Part shown: in pieces, positions 10,895 to 21,228 of the stretch
How the letters are laid out: every line of letters starts with the position of its first letter
Position numbering within the stretch: position 1 is the stretch's first letter
Source: a bacterium
GTDB lineage: Bacteria > Zhuqueibacterota > Zhuqueibacteria > Residuimicrobiales > Krinioviventaceae
Direction: 5' to 3'
NCBI GenBank assembly: GCA_963675755.2
Contig: CAXXMD010000003.1
Coordinates: 544,001 to 608,000, forward strand
DNA: 64,000 nucleotides
The notes under the pieces: generated by a model
What the model was told of the DNA's origin: nothing
The model's input: the letters and a program-made list of their open reading frames with translations, nothing else
Database searches by the model: none
Translations under genes and position numbers: made by a program

Positions 10895-11394
10895 TGGAGT
10901 GCATTACTTTTAAGGAATGCGGGCCGGCAAAGACGGCATTAATGTAATTATACTTTTGATCTTACAATAACACTGTAATTACTTTATATTTATTAAAGAG
11001 GTCAAATTTATTTCGGCCCTTTGGCCCGACGCATCGCTTAAACGCGATGCACTCCAAAAACAAAAAAAATTCTAGTACGTATCCCTGACTTAACATCGGG
11101 ATTTTTATCTCCAATTACAATAATCCCGGACACGAGGTCCGGGATACCAACTAATTTCACGATCCGTGACAAAGGGTTACTGGTTTAAGTGGAGTACAGT
11201 CCGTTTATGGACTGTGTGTGGATCGCAGATCCACTCATATATTTTACGCCGGTGCTTCAATGCACCCGATATTCACAGATTTCCAGGACGGATGGAGTAA
11301 AGCTTCGGACCTTTCGGTCCGACACATTGCTTAAAAGCAATGTACTCCAAGCCCGGGGTTTTTTCTCCGTCCCAAATTCCGATTTGGGATGGAA
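10895..11394. repeat. Cluster of REP-like palindromic repeats arranged as inverted pairs
   Basis: TGGAGTRC-stem units at 10895-10937(+), 11013-11056(-), 11190-11234(+), 11305-11349(-); GTATCCC..GGGAT pair at 11079-11147; CCGTCCCAAAT..ATTTGGGATGG at ~11366-11392. Confidence 0.75.
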
Positions 11395-11497
11395 CTATGG
11401 CGAAAAGCTCCGCCTCACAATTTTCTGTAAATCAAACACTTACACAATACACTAAATTCTCCGGGCATAGGTTGTATTATCCACCTGGATTTTTTTA

Positions 11498-12349
11498 TCA
11501 ATCACCCACAAAGGTTGAGGGTAATGTTAATAATTTGTATTGAATCGTTTTTGCTAACCGGTAATTCCCTTTGGAATTCAAGTGCAAACGGTCCGTTTCA
11601 CTGTTCCTGAAATACTGTGTGTGAGAATCGGACAATGGATACAAACCGCTCACGGAGTAAAGATCAATAATGGGGACCGCCCAGTTCAAAGCGGCTTCTT
11701 TGATAGTATTTACATAATCTTCAATGTACAATCCTTGATCGTTACAATAATTTTCTTCGGGTTGAACATTACGATCACTGAATTTTGCAAAACCTCGATG
11801 CAACGGAGTTAAAATTACAACCTGCTGCTCCGGATAATGAGTCTTGAGAAAGGACATCACTTTATTTATGCGTCCGCAAAAAGTAGAATCACTATAAATC
11901 CGTGATCTGTATTTACGGGTTACATTTTGACCATTATGGTTGGTTTGTTTTGTAGTTTCGGTAAAGAATTCACCCATGGGGAGGCTGTGATTGTAATCGT
12001 TAGTACCGGCAAAAATAAAAATAGCATCAACATCAGAGCCTCGTTCATTCTTGAGCTTGACTGCCTGATCATAAATATCATCCCACTGATGCCCGCTTAT
12101 ACCATAAACAAAAGGTTCAATACCCATTAGTGTTTCCAGGTACTCCCAATACACAGTAGAGCCATCGCCTGGCTTTTGTGTCATAGAATCGCCCAGGTAG
12201 GCAACACGTTTTCCATCCCACTGCGAGTTGAGGGATTTCTCTGAATCTTTTATTACTTTTTCAGATACGGATGCATTTTGGCAAAAGCCATAGCTGGAAA
12301 TCAGCAGAGCAAGCAATATGAATCTGGATATAACTTTATTAAACTTCAT
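11498..12349 (-). CDS. SGNH/GDSL hydrolase (carbohydrate esterase-like), exported
   Basis: Signal peptide; GDSMT block I, GISG, AGTND, DRLH. Confidence 0.9.
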   Translation of the reverse strand: MKFNKVISRFILLALLISSYGFCQNASVSEKVIKDSEKSLNSQWDGKRVAYLGDSMTQKPGDGSTVYWEYLETLMGIEPFVYGISGHQWDDIYDQAVKLKNERGSDVDAIFIFAGTNDYNHSLPMGEFFTETTKQTNHNGQNVTRKYRSRIYSDSTFCGRINKVMSFLKTHYPEQQVVILTPLHRGFAKFSDRNVQPEENYCNDQGLYIEDYVNTIKEAALNWAVPIIDLYSVSGLYPLSDSHTQYFRNSETDRLHLNSKGNYRLAKTIQYKLLTLPSTFVGD

Positions 12350-12545
12350 AAAGAGTTCCTTTCATCTGTTCAAGCGCAAACATTGTATTTAATAAATCTA
12401 ACAACTTTTTTACAGGACTCGAATCACCCGGTAACATTATTCTTTTGTAAATATATATACATTTTTGTATAAAGAATCAAGGGATTATTAAAGTTGTTAT
12501 TCTCTCTGCTCAGGCTGGTTTGTTGTGTAAAAGCTTTAATCTTTT

Positions 12546-12618
12546 TGGAGTGCGGCGCCTTTATGCGCCGCGTCGGGCCGAAGGTCCGATATAGATTTGA
12601 CGTTATTATCCAATATTT
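12546..12618 (+). repeat. TGGAGTGC-type REP-like element
   Basis: TGGAGTGCGGCGCCTTTATGCGCCGCGTCGGGCCGAAGGTCCGA; near-identical copy at 25778. Confidence 0.75.
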
Positions 12619-12737
12619 AAAACCTTGATCGCCGTGTGTATTTACGAACGGCGGAACGTATATTACAGGACATGTGTCCTGTATACCTGGCCGCATGTCT
12701 CGTTAATTAATTTCCACCTGCGGCAAACAGGCTCTCC

Positions 12738-13169
12738 CGGCATATATGAACCGAACAATCATGACTCCGTACGAAACTCCCGTTTCGTACGGAAATGAAA
12801 TCATAAACTCTGTTTATGTGTATATTTATCTGCCGAAATGCACTTACCGGTTTCAGTTGTAGGATAAACAGAGTTTATCCGGTCAGTGCCGTCCAAAACC
12901 GGAGTTTTGGACGGAGAACACTTGCCCGGCACCTCGGAGGTGCCGGGCAAATCAAAATTCTCAATTTCACCAGCGTCGTTCAAGCATATCACGGCACATA
13001 TGAACCGAACAATCATGACTCCGTACGAAACTCCCGTTTCGTACGGAAATGAAATCATAAACTCTGTTTTTGTAATATTTATCTACCAAAATGCACTTAC
13101 CGGTTTTAGTTGTAGGATAAACAGAGTTTATCCGGTCAGTGCCGTCCAAAACCGGAGTTTTGGACGGAG
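12738..13169. repeat. Two ~178-bp direct repeats built of palindromes
   Basis: Copies at 12738-12916 and 12992-13169, each with three hairpins; spacer holds TTGCCCGGCACCTCGGAGGTGCCGGGCAA. Confidence 0.9.
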
Positions 13170-13225
13170 TAAATCAAAAAAACGAATGTTTTTATTTACC
13201 AGGCACCTTGGAAGTGACCAAAAAT

Positions 13226-13942
13226 TTAAAAATTAATACCAACAGACGCATTCCAAGCCGGTCTTTTTTCCCATTGAGTCCCAGATGATTGACGATTTAC
13301 CCATTCGGCTTCTGGAAAATCATTGTTGCCAGTAATTACATAACTCATAACCAAATAATTTAATCCTAAAGAAAATATAAAATTGAAACTATCCATATCA
13401 TAAATACTTTCATAATTAAATGAAAATAAGTGTGACCTTGGATAAAAAGGTGAAAAAAGAAAAAATTGATCGTAATGAAAACTCCCGGCATGAAAAATAT
13501 AGTTTGTTGAAAAACCATAAAAATAATAACCGGTTTCATCAATAGGTAAATAAATTTTTGTGCTAATTGATACAGGAGGGCCGCCAATTAACAAACTTGT
13601 ATTTATATTTTTTCCTTCAAATATTGACCATTCCTTTTCAGCATATAGAGTCAACAAAGGCAAACCCCAACCCCAACCCCATTTTGCGGTATCATTTATT
13701 TTATGAGTGTATTGAAACTGCCCAATTTGGGATGCGAAACCTGAAAAAAAATATGCTTTAGATTTATTTTCTCCCCCCAAATAGCTCATATAAAAAGGGA
13801 TGTTAAAATGACAATAATAGGCGCTATTTCTTCCTGCAAATTTTCCATTTAAATAAGGTTTCTCAATCCCTTCAAAGTCATCTCTGGCAAATAAACAAAT
13901 GGGAATAATAACAAAGAACAATAATTTTTTCATTAATTTCAT
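13226..13942 (-). CDS. Hypothetical exported or outer-membrane protein
   Basis: 238-aa AT-rich ORF, signal-like N-terminus, aromatic-rich, ends in Phe (ASVGINF). Confidence 0.6.
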   Translation of the reverse strand: MKLMKKLLFFVIIPICLFARDDFEGIEKPYLNGKFAGRNSAYYCHFNIPFYMSYLGGENKSKAYFFSGFASQIGQFQYTHKINDTAKWGWGWGLPLLTLYAEKEWSIFEGKNINTSLLIGGPPVSISTKIYLPIDETGYYFYGFSTNYIFHAGSFHYDQFFLFSPFYPRSHLFSFNYESIYDMDSFNFIFSLGLNYLVMSYVITGNNDFPEAEWVNRQSSGTQWEKRPAWNASVGINF

Positions 13943-14004
13943 CCTAAAAAATAAATACTACTTTCATTCCAGCCACCTTCGTTGTGCCGGGCAAACCAAA
14001 ACCC

Positions 14005-15177
14005 TCAATCTCCTTTACGCCTCTCCAGCATCGCCCGGATTCCCGCTAGCGGCAGTGCCGCACTGGCAAGATAATGCGGTAATTTGTGGGTGTCCCCAAT
14101 GGTCCATTCGCAGGCGCCATGGATTTTAAAATCCGTCACCATATCCACGACAGTCTGTTCGGCAAGGTCCCTATCCACAAGATCGAGTGAGAACACAAAC
14201 CAGCCCACCGGTGTGGCCCAGTAGGCGCCGTTCTGATAGGTATCGGGCTGGGTATGATAAACCGACTGCCAGTACATACCGCCCGGCAGATGGCGCAATT
14301 GTCCCCTGTACACAATCTCGTAATAATGCTGTTTAAAATAAGAAGCAATTTTCAAGGCGGTTTCCGTATCCGCAACGCCAAGGTACACGGCAAAGGCAGA
14401 GCCCCAGATATCGGGCTGCCTGCATGAAAGCGTAGCGGCAGTGTACAATCCTGTTTCCTCATCCCAAAAGACTGCATGAATTTGCGAGATCGTCTCCTGC
14501 GCCTTTCGCTCCCAAACCACTTTTTCGGCAGGATTACCGGCGACCTCTGCCATGTCCGCCATTTGCCGGCAGGCCTGTACATACAACAGCGAGGCAAACA
14601 ACACGTCACCCTGTTTCAATATCGTATCCGTAAATCCATAGGGACACCGGTCATGCCCCTCAGGACGGATGTGCACCAATCCGGTTTCAGGATTCAACGG
14701 CACCGCCTCCATCGTCCGGTCCAGGTCCGCCATGACTTCGCGCACAAATAAAGAGTCCCCGGTCTTTTTCCAGGTATGCCAAACCACATCCACGGTAAAC
14801 TGTGAGCCGTCCGCAACCGGATTCTCTCCCATACTCCCGAATCCCGGCTTGTATATGGGTGTGCCGTCGAACTTTATGCAATCCACGCCCGCGCCATCGT
14901 CACGAATGGATTTTACAAACAACCGTGCCGCGTCAAGCAGTTCCTTGTCAGAGTACGCGTCTATGGCGCCTTCCAGAGTATAGGCATAATCACGCAGCCA
15001 GAACGCTTCGTATCCCAATCCCACCTGGGGAGGAAAAGCCGCGGTCCCGTCCTGCATGGTCCGTTCAGATTCACGAATAATCCGGAAAGCCTCTTTTTCC
15101 AGCCAGTTGACAGATTCCTGAAAATCCGCAGCAAATATATTAATCGCTAAAAATAAAAAGATAGTAATTCGATACAC
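14005..15177 (-). CDS. Six-hairpin (alpha/alpha)6 glycosidase-like protein, exported
   Basis: YEAFWLRD, YGFTD, FWDEETGLY, YQNGAYW motifs; start moved to GTG at 15177 after AGGAGG, which yields a signal peptide. Confidence 0.7.
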   Translation of the reverse strand: MYRITIFLFLAINIFAADFQESVNWLEKEAFRIIRESERTMQDGTAAFPPQVGLGYEAFWLRDYAYTLEGAIDAYSDKELLDAARLFVKSIRDDGAGVDCIKFDGTPIYKPGFGSMGENPVADGSQFTVDVVWHTWKKTGDSLFVREVMADLDRTMEAVPLNPETGLVHIRPEGHDRCPYGFTDTILKQGDVLFASLLYVQACRQMADMAEVAGNPAEKVVWERKAQETISQIHAVFWDEETGLYTAATLSCRQPDIWGSAFAVYLGVADTETALKIASYFKQHYYEIVYRGQLRHLPGGMYWQSVYHTQPDTYQNGAYWATPVGWFVFSLDLVDRDLAEQTVVDMVTDFKIHGACEWTIGDTHKLPHYLASAALPLAGIRAMLERRKGD

Positions 15178-15227
15178 AAACCCCTCCTGTCTTCGGTCTT
15201 GTATATAAAAATATACGTATCCGCAGG

Positions 15228-15527
15228 CTATATCACAAACAATTTCACCGCCAGTGCTGCGCCCAGCCATATCCCGGACAAAGTAACCGCCCAGGTTGCG
15301 ATTCTGTTCCACAATCCCGTCAACCATTTCCGCTGCAATACCAATCCAACAGACATGACATGAAACGGAACAGGCAGACTCAATATCAATGCGGACAATA
15401 GACCCAATTCAACTGTAACATGAGACACATCAAGCGTTCCCCTGGATGCCTGAAATAAAATTTTCATCAATAGTAAAAATCCCGCAATCACCGTCAAAGA
15501 CGCGGCAGTTCTATATACTTTTATCAA
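15228..15527 (-). CDS. Small hypothetical membrane protein
   Basis: 99 aa with three hydrophobic segments, co-oriented with neighbours. Confidence 0.55.
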   Translation of the reverse strand: MIKVYRTAASLTVIAGFLLLMKILFQASRGTLDVSHVTVELGLLSALILSLPVPFHVMSVGLVLQRKWLTGLWNRIATWAVTLSGIWLGAALAVKLFVI

Positions 15528-15704
15528 AAAAAATCCTGTTTTTATCTACTATAATATAATCTATGAATTGTATATAAAAAGTGATAAAATCATTAACACT
15601 TTTCGAAAACTGAATTTAATATACACAAATAGTGGTAAAAACAAAACGTATATACAAAGGACTTGAACATGTGCCATGAAATACGACTAGAAAAGTTGGT
15701 AAAA

Positions 15705-16646
15705 TTAAAACAAGAAAACCAGATAAACACAATAGCTGCTTACGAGCAAAAAGCCTTCAATTCGGTTAATTGACAACCCCGTCCTCATGATCGGCAGCAC
15801 AGCTAATGATAACAAAAGCATTACTCCGGCATTGACAAAGTTCATATCATTCACCCTGATTGGCGAAATGGTTGCGGAAATACCAAGAATGCCAATAATA
15901 TTGAAAATATTTGATCCAACAATATTACCTATTGCAATATCCGTTTTCTTTCGTAATGCAGCAACAACAGACGTTGCCAGTTCAGGAAGACTCGTTCCCG
16001 CGGCAACTATAGTCAAACCAATAATACTCTCACCTACACCCAATGCACGTGCAATCTGTACAGAACTTTTTACCAACAACTCTGCACCTGTTACCAAAAC
16101 AGCAAGACTGGTAATAATAAAAATCAATTCCAGATATATATTTTTGAAAAATTTTGCCCAAAAAGTCAAATCAGTTTCTACAAGGTTTTGATCATTTGAT
16201 GATTTTCGTGCCATAAAAATATTAAAAGATAAATACGCTATTAAAAGCACAATAAAAAAGATTCCTTCAATCCGTTCGAATTTTTGGTCCCAAAATAAAA
16301 GACAAAACAAAACTGTTAACACAATCATGACGGGTGTATCAATCTTTATCAATTTAATATGGACCTTTAGTGGAAAAACCATAGCAGAAACACCCAAAAT
16401 CACCGCTATATTAAAAATATTGGATCCAACAACATTCCCAACCGCAATCCCGCCTTGTCCTGCCAGAGCCGTTTTTATACTTACAATCAATTCGGGCGCA
16501 CTGGTACCAAACGCAACAACTGTTAGCCCAATAACCAGAGGTGACACACGAAAACGTCTGGCTAATGACGAGCTGCTCTGTACAAAGACTTCAGCTCCCG
16601 CAAGTAAAAATAACACACCCGTAATAAAAACAAAAAGTGTAATCAT
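15705..16646 (-). CDS. Ca2+/Na+ antiporter (YrbG/CaCA family)
   Basis: Duplicated alpha repeats GTSAPE/GTSLPE and GNVVGSNIFN/GNIVGSNIFN. Confidence 0.92.
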   Translation of the reverse strand: MITLFVFITGVLFLLAGAEVFVQSSSSLARRFRVSPLVIGLTVVAFGTSAPELIVSIKTALAGQGGIAVGNVVGSNIFNIAVILGVSAMVFPLKVHIKLIKIDTPVMIVLTVLFCLLFWDQKFERIEGIFFIVLLIAYLSFNIFMARKSSNDQNLVETDLTFWAKFFKNIYLELIFIITSLAVLVTGAELLVKSSVQIARALGVGESIIGLTIVAAGTSLPELATSVVAALRKKTDIAIGNIVGSNIFNIIGILGISATISPIRVNDMNFVNAGVMLLLSLAVLPIMRTGLSINRIEGFLLVSSYCVYLVFLF

Positions 16647-16784
16647 GTTTTTATTTTTCCAAATAATTATTAAATTGCATTTATGGGTTTATTTACATAT
16701 TATTTTAAATCCATGCAACTAATTTTTGGTATTTTTTTTGCTATTCGTATACTATATTTATCATTTTTTTTAAAAGAGGCAGCA

Positions 16785-19592
16785 ATGTATAAAAAAGTTT
16801 TATTCATTTCTATTCTTATCTCTTGTACCTTGTGGGGTGCTGAACAAAAAGATAACAATTTCACAATATCCAACAATGGCGTAATCCAAACTGCCGACCA
16901 GACCTTTACAACCTGGCAAGACTATTATGCCTCTGACTATTTCAAACAAACCGGCAAACGCTGTCTGGTAAAATCCGTTCCCGAACAATTCCGCAGCAAT
17001 GTTATTAATAACCAATCGGACTGTTCCATGTTCAAGACTGTCATTAAAGACGAGTACTGGCCAACAGTCACCTGGATCATCCCTGTGGTTGTGCACAATA
17101 TCATGGACACTGACAGTATGGGGTATCTTGACGATGAACGCATTCAGGACCAGATCGATGTGCTGAACGAAGACTATGGCGCCATTGAAGGCACCATGGG
17201 AGAATTGGGATTCGACTCTAAAATTCGGTTCGAGCTTGTAGACATTACCCGCACAGTAAATAATGACTGGTTTAATGACAGAGATGAATTTGAATATAAA
17301 AACCAACTGGCATATGATACAGACAAATACCTGAATATTTATACCAATACTGCAAGCGGATATTTGGGTTACTCTTACTTCCCACATGAAGCAGTGGGCA
17401 GCGTATATGACGGTGTTGTGGTTTTATACGAAGCCTTTAGCGGCAGAGACGGCGGCTTTTATCCCTATGACCAGGGCCGAACTCTTACCCATGAAGTGGG
17501 TCATTATCTGGGGCTGTTCCATCCGTTTGAAGGTTATGCCTGTTATTCCGGTTATACGCATGGTGATTTGATAGAAGACACCTACCCACAATCAGAAGAA
17601 TCTTATGGCTGTACTGAAACCGAAACCTGTAACAGTCCGGACAATATTCACAATTACATGAACTATACTGATGACGCCTGCATGACCGAGTTTACGGCCG
17701 AACAATCGAATCGTATGATCTGCGCGTTGCTGTCTTATCGTCCTCAACTGGCAACCGTGGGAAATTACGCGCCGGTTATCACCTCTGTTCCGGATACGGT
17801 TGGACATGTAAACGAACTCTACCAATACACAGTCACGGCAACGGATGAAGAAAACGACGCTATTAACTTTAGCCTTGAACAAGGTCCCGAAGGTATGGAT
17901 CTTGATCCGCTTACTGGCGAACTGACCTGGCTGCCCGGTGCTCTGGATGCGGGATTGTACACTGTTACTATATTGGCCTCTGATGAGACCGGATATGACA
18001 GCCAGACCTTTAATCTATCCATCCTCCCCACAGGATTATCCATTGTTGCGGATTTTGTTGCAGATACAACCACAGGCAATATTCCTTTTGCCGTACAATT
18101 TGAGGACCGGTCACTGGGTGAAATTACGCAATGGGCCTGGGATTTTGGAGATTCCTCAACATCCGACTTGCGAAATCCCGAGCATATTTATACGGTCCCC
18201 GGTATCTATACGGTAAAACTGCGGGTAACCGGCCCCTTTGGTGCGGATTCGCTCATTCAGGAAGATTATATTACCGTACTGGGTCAGGCCCCGGTTGCCG
18301 CATTCACATCCGAAGAGATCCTCAGCGACAAGCCATTTCATGTTCAATTCACCGACCAATCCCAGGGAGAGATCACTTCGTGGTATTGGGATTTTGGCGA
18401 CAGTTCATTCAGCATCTTGCAAAATCCATTGCATGTATATACAAAACCCGGAGTATACTCGGTTGGATTAACAGTTTCCGGTCCTGCAGGTATGGATTCT
18501 CTGTACAAAGAAAATTATATCGAAATTATGGGCCCCGGTGTGATCGCCAATTTTTCTGCCGAACCGCGTATCGGTAGTGTTCCACTTGCAGTACAATTTG
18601 CGGATTCATCAACCGATAATGTTATAGCCTGGTATTGGGATTTTGGAGACGGTACAACCAGCTCTGATCAAAATCCACAGCACCTCTATACTGAAATTGG
18701 CAATTATACGGTTACATTAATCGCAATCGGTCAGACCGAATTCGATACCCTGAAAATAGAAAATTGCATCCGTGTGACCGAAGAAACACCCAGAGCCGGT
18801 TTTGCTGCCGATCCGCTTATTGGCCCCTGGCCTCTGACAGTACAATTCTCCGATTCATCAACAGGTATTGCCGATAGCTGGATCTGGGATTTTGGAGACA
18901 GTACCCTCAGCAGTCGTCATAATCCCGAACATACTTATGAACTGCCGGGTTTTTATACTGTCAGCCAGATTGTTACCGGACCCGGTGGCGCAGATACATT
19001 GAGAAAAATAAATTATATACAGGTTTTGGAAAAAGCCCCGGTTGCATGGTTTGGAGCGGGAGAAACCACAGGCATCATCCCCTTTACGGTACAGTTTAGT
19101 GATTCATCTTCCGGTATCATTACTTCATGGTACTGGGATTTTGGGGACAGCACCCACAGTGATGAACAAAATCCTGTTCACGAATATGCGCAAGTCGGTG
19201 ATTATACGGTTGCGTTAACGGTCAACGGACCGGGAGGGGCAAACACAGCCACCCGTGAGCTGTTTATCGAGGCACGCTTTCCGCTGGCGATCGATGATAG
19301 TGAGGCCATTCCCACAGAATTCAAACTGAACCAGAATTACCCCAATCCCTTTAACGCGGGTACAACCATCTCGTATCAACTGCCCAACAGTGAAGATGTT
19401 TGGCTGGGCATCTATGACATGAACGGCAAACTGGTGCGAGTACTGGAACATGGCAGACGCAATCCGGGCCATTATCAGGTGCAATGGAATGGTCTGGACA
19501 ATAATGGCATTCCGGTATCTTCGGGACTGTATATGGTACAGATTCAGGCAGGCTCACACCGGGAATATGTAAAGGCATTGATGCTGAAATAA
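16785..19592 (+). CDS. M43 (pappalysin/ulilysin-like) zinc metalloprotease with Ig-like domain, 5 PKD domains and FlgD-Ig/T9SS-like CTD
   Basis: HEVGHYLGLFH, Met-turn NYMNY, five WxWDFGD PKD motifs, LNQNYPNPFN; start moved to ATG 16785 after GAGG, giving a signal peptide. Confidence 0.9.
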   Translation: MYKKVLFISILISCTLWGAEQKDNNFTISNNGVIQTADQTFTTWQDYYASDYFKQTGKRCLVKSVPEQFRSNVINNQSDCSMFKTVIKDEYWPTVTWIIPVVVHNIMDTDSMGYLDDERIQDQIDVLNEDYGAIEGTMGELGFDSKIRFELVDITRTVNNDWFNDRDEFEYKNQLAYDTDKYLNIYTNTASGYLGYSYFPHEAVGSVYDGVVVLYEAFSGRDGGFYPYDQGRTLTHEVGHYLGLFHPFEGYACYSGYTHGDLIEDTYPQSEESYGCTETETCNSPDNIHNYMNYTDDACMTEFTAEQSNRMICALLSYRPQLATVGNYAPVITSVPDTVGHVNELYQYTVTATDEENDAINFSLEQGPEGMDLDPLTGELTWLPGALDAGLYTVTILASDETGYDSQTFNLSILPTGLSIVADFVADTTTGNIPFAVQFEDRSLGEITQWAWDFGDSSTSDLRNPEHIYTVPGIYTVKLRVTGPFGADSLIQEDYITVLGQAPVAAFTSEEILSDKPFHVQFTDQSQGEITSWYWDFGDSSFSILQNPLHVYTKPGVYSVGLTVSGPAGMDSLYKENYIEIMGPGVIANFSAEPRIGSVPLAVQFADSSTDNVIAWYWDFGDGTTSSDQNPQHLYTEIGNYTVTLIAIGQTEFDTLKIENCIRVTEETPRAGFAADPLIGPWPLTVQFSDSSTGIADSWIWDFGDSTLSSRHNPEHTYELPGFYTVSQIVTGPGGADTLRKINYIQVLEKAPVAWFGAGETTGIIPFTVQFSDSSSGIITSWYWDFGDSTHSDEQNPVHEYAQVGDYTVALTVNGPGGANTATRELFIEARFPLAIDDSEAIPTEFKLNQNYPNPFNAGTTISYQLPNSEDVWLGIYDMNGKLVRVLEHGRRNPGHYQVQWNGLDNNGIPVSSGLYMVQIQAGSHREYVKALMLK

Positions 19593-19597
19593 AACAG

Positions 19598-21049
19598 TTA
19601 CCGCTTTGCTGCTTTTGCGATATTTTTCAACATTTGTTTGAATATAAGCGCATGAACAGGAAAAATACCGTACCAGTAAATCAATCCACCCAAACCTTTG
19701 GGATAAAAGATTGCTGTCTGATGTATGACACATCCCTTATCTTGTGGAACGACATTAAATTCAAGCCAGGCTTTGCCTGGCAGTTTCATTTCCGCATACA
19801 ATTTGAGAGAATAAGGAGCATTTACAGCTTCTACCCGCCAAAAATCCAAAGAATCTCCCGCCTGTAATGAACGTTCCGGGCGACCACGGCGCATACCTAC
19901 ACCACCTACAAGCAAATCAATAATCCCGCGAATTTTCCAAAGAATATTCCAGGCATACCAACCGTTTTCTCCACCAATCGTTTCAATGGGTGCAAAAGCC
20001 TTATCGGGAGCGACATTAACAAAAACCTCCCGATTGTCAAGCAACCGTCCTCCCATTTTAACGCCACCATAACCTGCGGCTTGATCCGATGCAGAAGAAA
20101 GTGCATCAAACCAGTGCGTTTGCGCAAAATCCATATCTTCATTTCTCAAAGCTGCAGCAATAGCTTCACTTGCAGTCATGGGTTTGATATCAAAATATTC
20201 AAAAGCGCTTTTATCCCTGACAACAGTTGGGTGTCTGATACTGTCAATCAGCTTTCGTCCAATCCGTGCATACAGTGGTGTAACAAGCCCAAGCCACAAG
20301 CTGCTCAAAAAAGGGGTTAATACCGGAACAGGTATCATCATTCTCCGCAAACCACGCTGATTTGCATATTCACGCATCAATCCGGCATATGACAAACAAT
20401 CTGCACCCCCAATTTCCAGTATCCTGCTTTTTTCCAAGGGGATGTGTATGGATTCCTCAAGATAGGATAACAGGTCCTGCACCCCAATGGGCTGTGCCAT
20501 GACATTCACCCATTTTGGCATAACCATAACCGGAATTTTCTCCGTCAAAGAGCGGATCATTTCAAATGATAAACTACCGGAGCCCAACACAATAGATGCA
20601 CGTAACTCTAATGTGGGCACCTGTGAATTTCGCAAGATATCTCCTACCTCATGCCTGCTCTTTAAATGTGGAGACAGGTCCCCACTATCATCTCCCAAGC
20701 CTCCCAGGTAAATGATGCGCTTCACACCACACTGGTGTGCGGCTATGCAGAAATTTTGTGCCGCAATACGGTCTTTTTCTTCAAATCCGGATGCAGCCCC
20801 CATCGAATGCACCATATAAAATGCGGTATCGATATCTTTTAGTGCTTGTTTTAAAGAGTCAACGTCGAAAACATCCCCACGCACAACCTCGGTTGCCCCA
20901 CTAACCCTGGTTTGCAAAAATGATGGATTTCGGGCCATACATCTCAAATGATAAGGTCCTGCTTCCAGTTTTTTCAGCAATCTGCCGCCAATATATCCCG
21001 TTGCACCTGTTAACAAGATGCTTTTATTTTCCGATTCGTTCTTTTTCAT
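19598..21049 (-). CDS. YbjT-like NAD(P)-binding SDR protein with C-terminal DUF2867-type domain
   Basis: TGATGYIG; GSGSLSFE; FWRVE...AEMKLPGKAWLEF...GLIYWY. Confidence 0.85.
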   Translation of the reverse strand: MKKNESENKSILLTGATGYIGGRLLKKLEAGPYHLRCMARNPSFLQTRVSGATEVVRGDVFDVDSLKQALKDIDTAFYMVHSMGAASGFEEKDRIAAQNFCIAAHQCGVKRIIYLGGLGDDSGDLSPHLKSRHEVGDILRNSQVPTLELRASIVLGSGSLSFEMIRSLTEKIPVMVMPKWVNVMAQPIGVQDLLSYLEESIHIPLEKSRILEIGGADCLSYAGLMREYANQRGLRRMMIPVPVLTPFLSSLWLGLVTPLYARIGRKLIDSIRHPTVVRDKSAFEYFDIKPMTASEAIAAALRNEDMDFAQTHWFDALSSASDQAAGYGGVKMGGRLLDNREVFVNVAPDKAFAPIETIGGENGWYAWNILWKIRGIIDLLVGGVGMRRGRPERSLQAGDSLDFWRVEAVNAPYSLKLYAEMKLPGKAWLEFNVVPQDKGCVIHQTAIFYPKGLGGLIYWYGIFPVHALIFKQMLKNIAKAAKR

Positions 21050-21228
21050 TTTAATGTTAACATGAATATATTTTTATAAATTTCATTAATGAATGATTTA
21101 AAGCTGGGATTGAATGAATATTCACACAAGTGCGCTTGTTATGATAATCGGGAACACAAATGAACAAGGGCGGCTGCGGGGAACCATTTTTATCTAAAAA
21201 AATTACTATCTATACAAAGGAGTAACTC

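Noticed and set aside
10750-13200. Repeat-rich region as a CRISPR array
   Set aside because: No constant repeat with regular unique spacers and no cas genes; repeats are dispersed palindromes in both orientations.
11189-13236. Short ORFs in the repeat clusters (e.g. 11189-11455, 12424-12696, 12801-13058, 12886-13236)
   Set aside because: They are translations of palindromic repeats with no protein-like signal.
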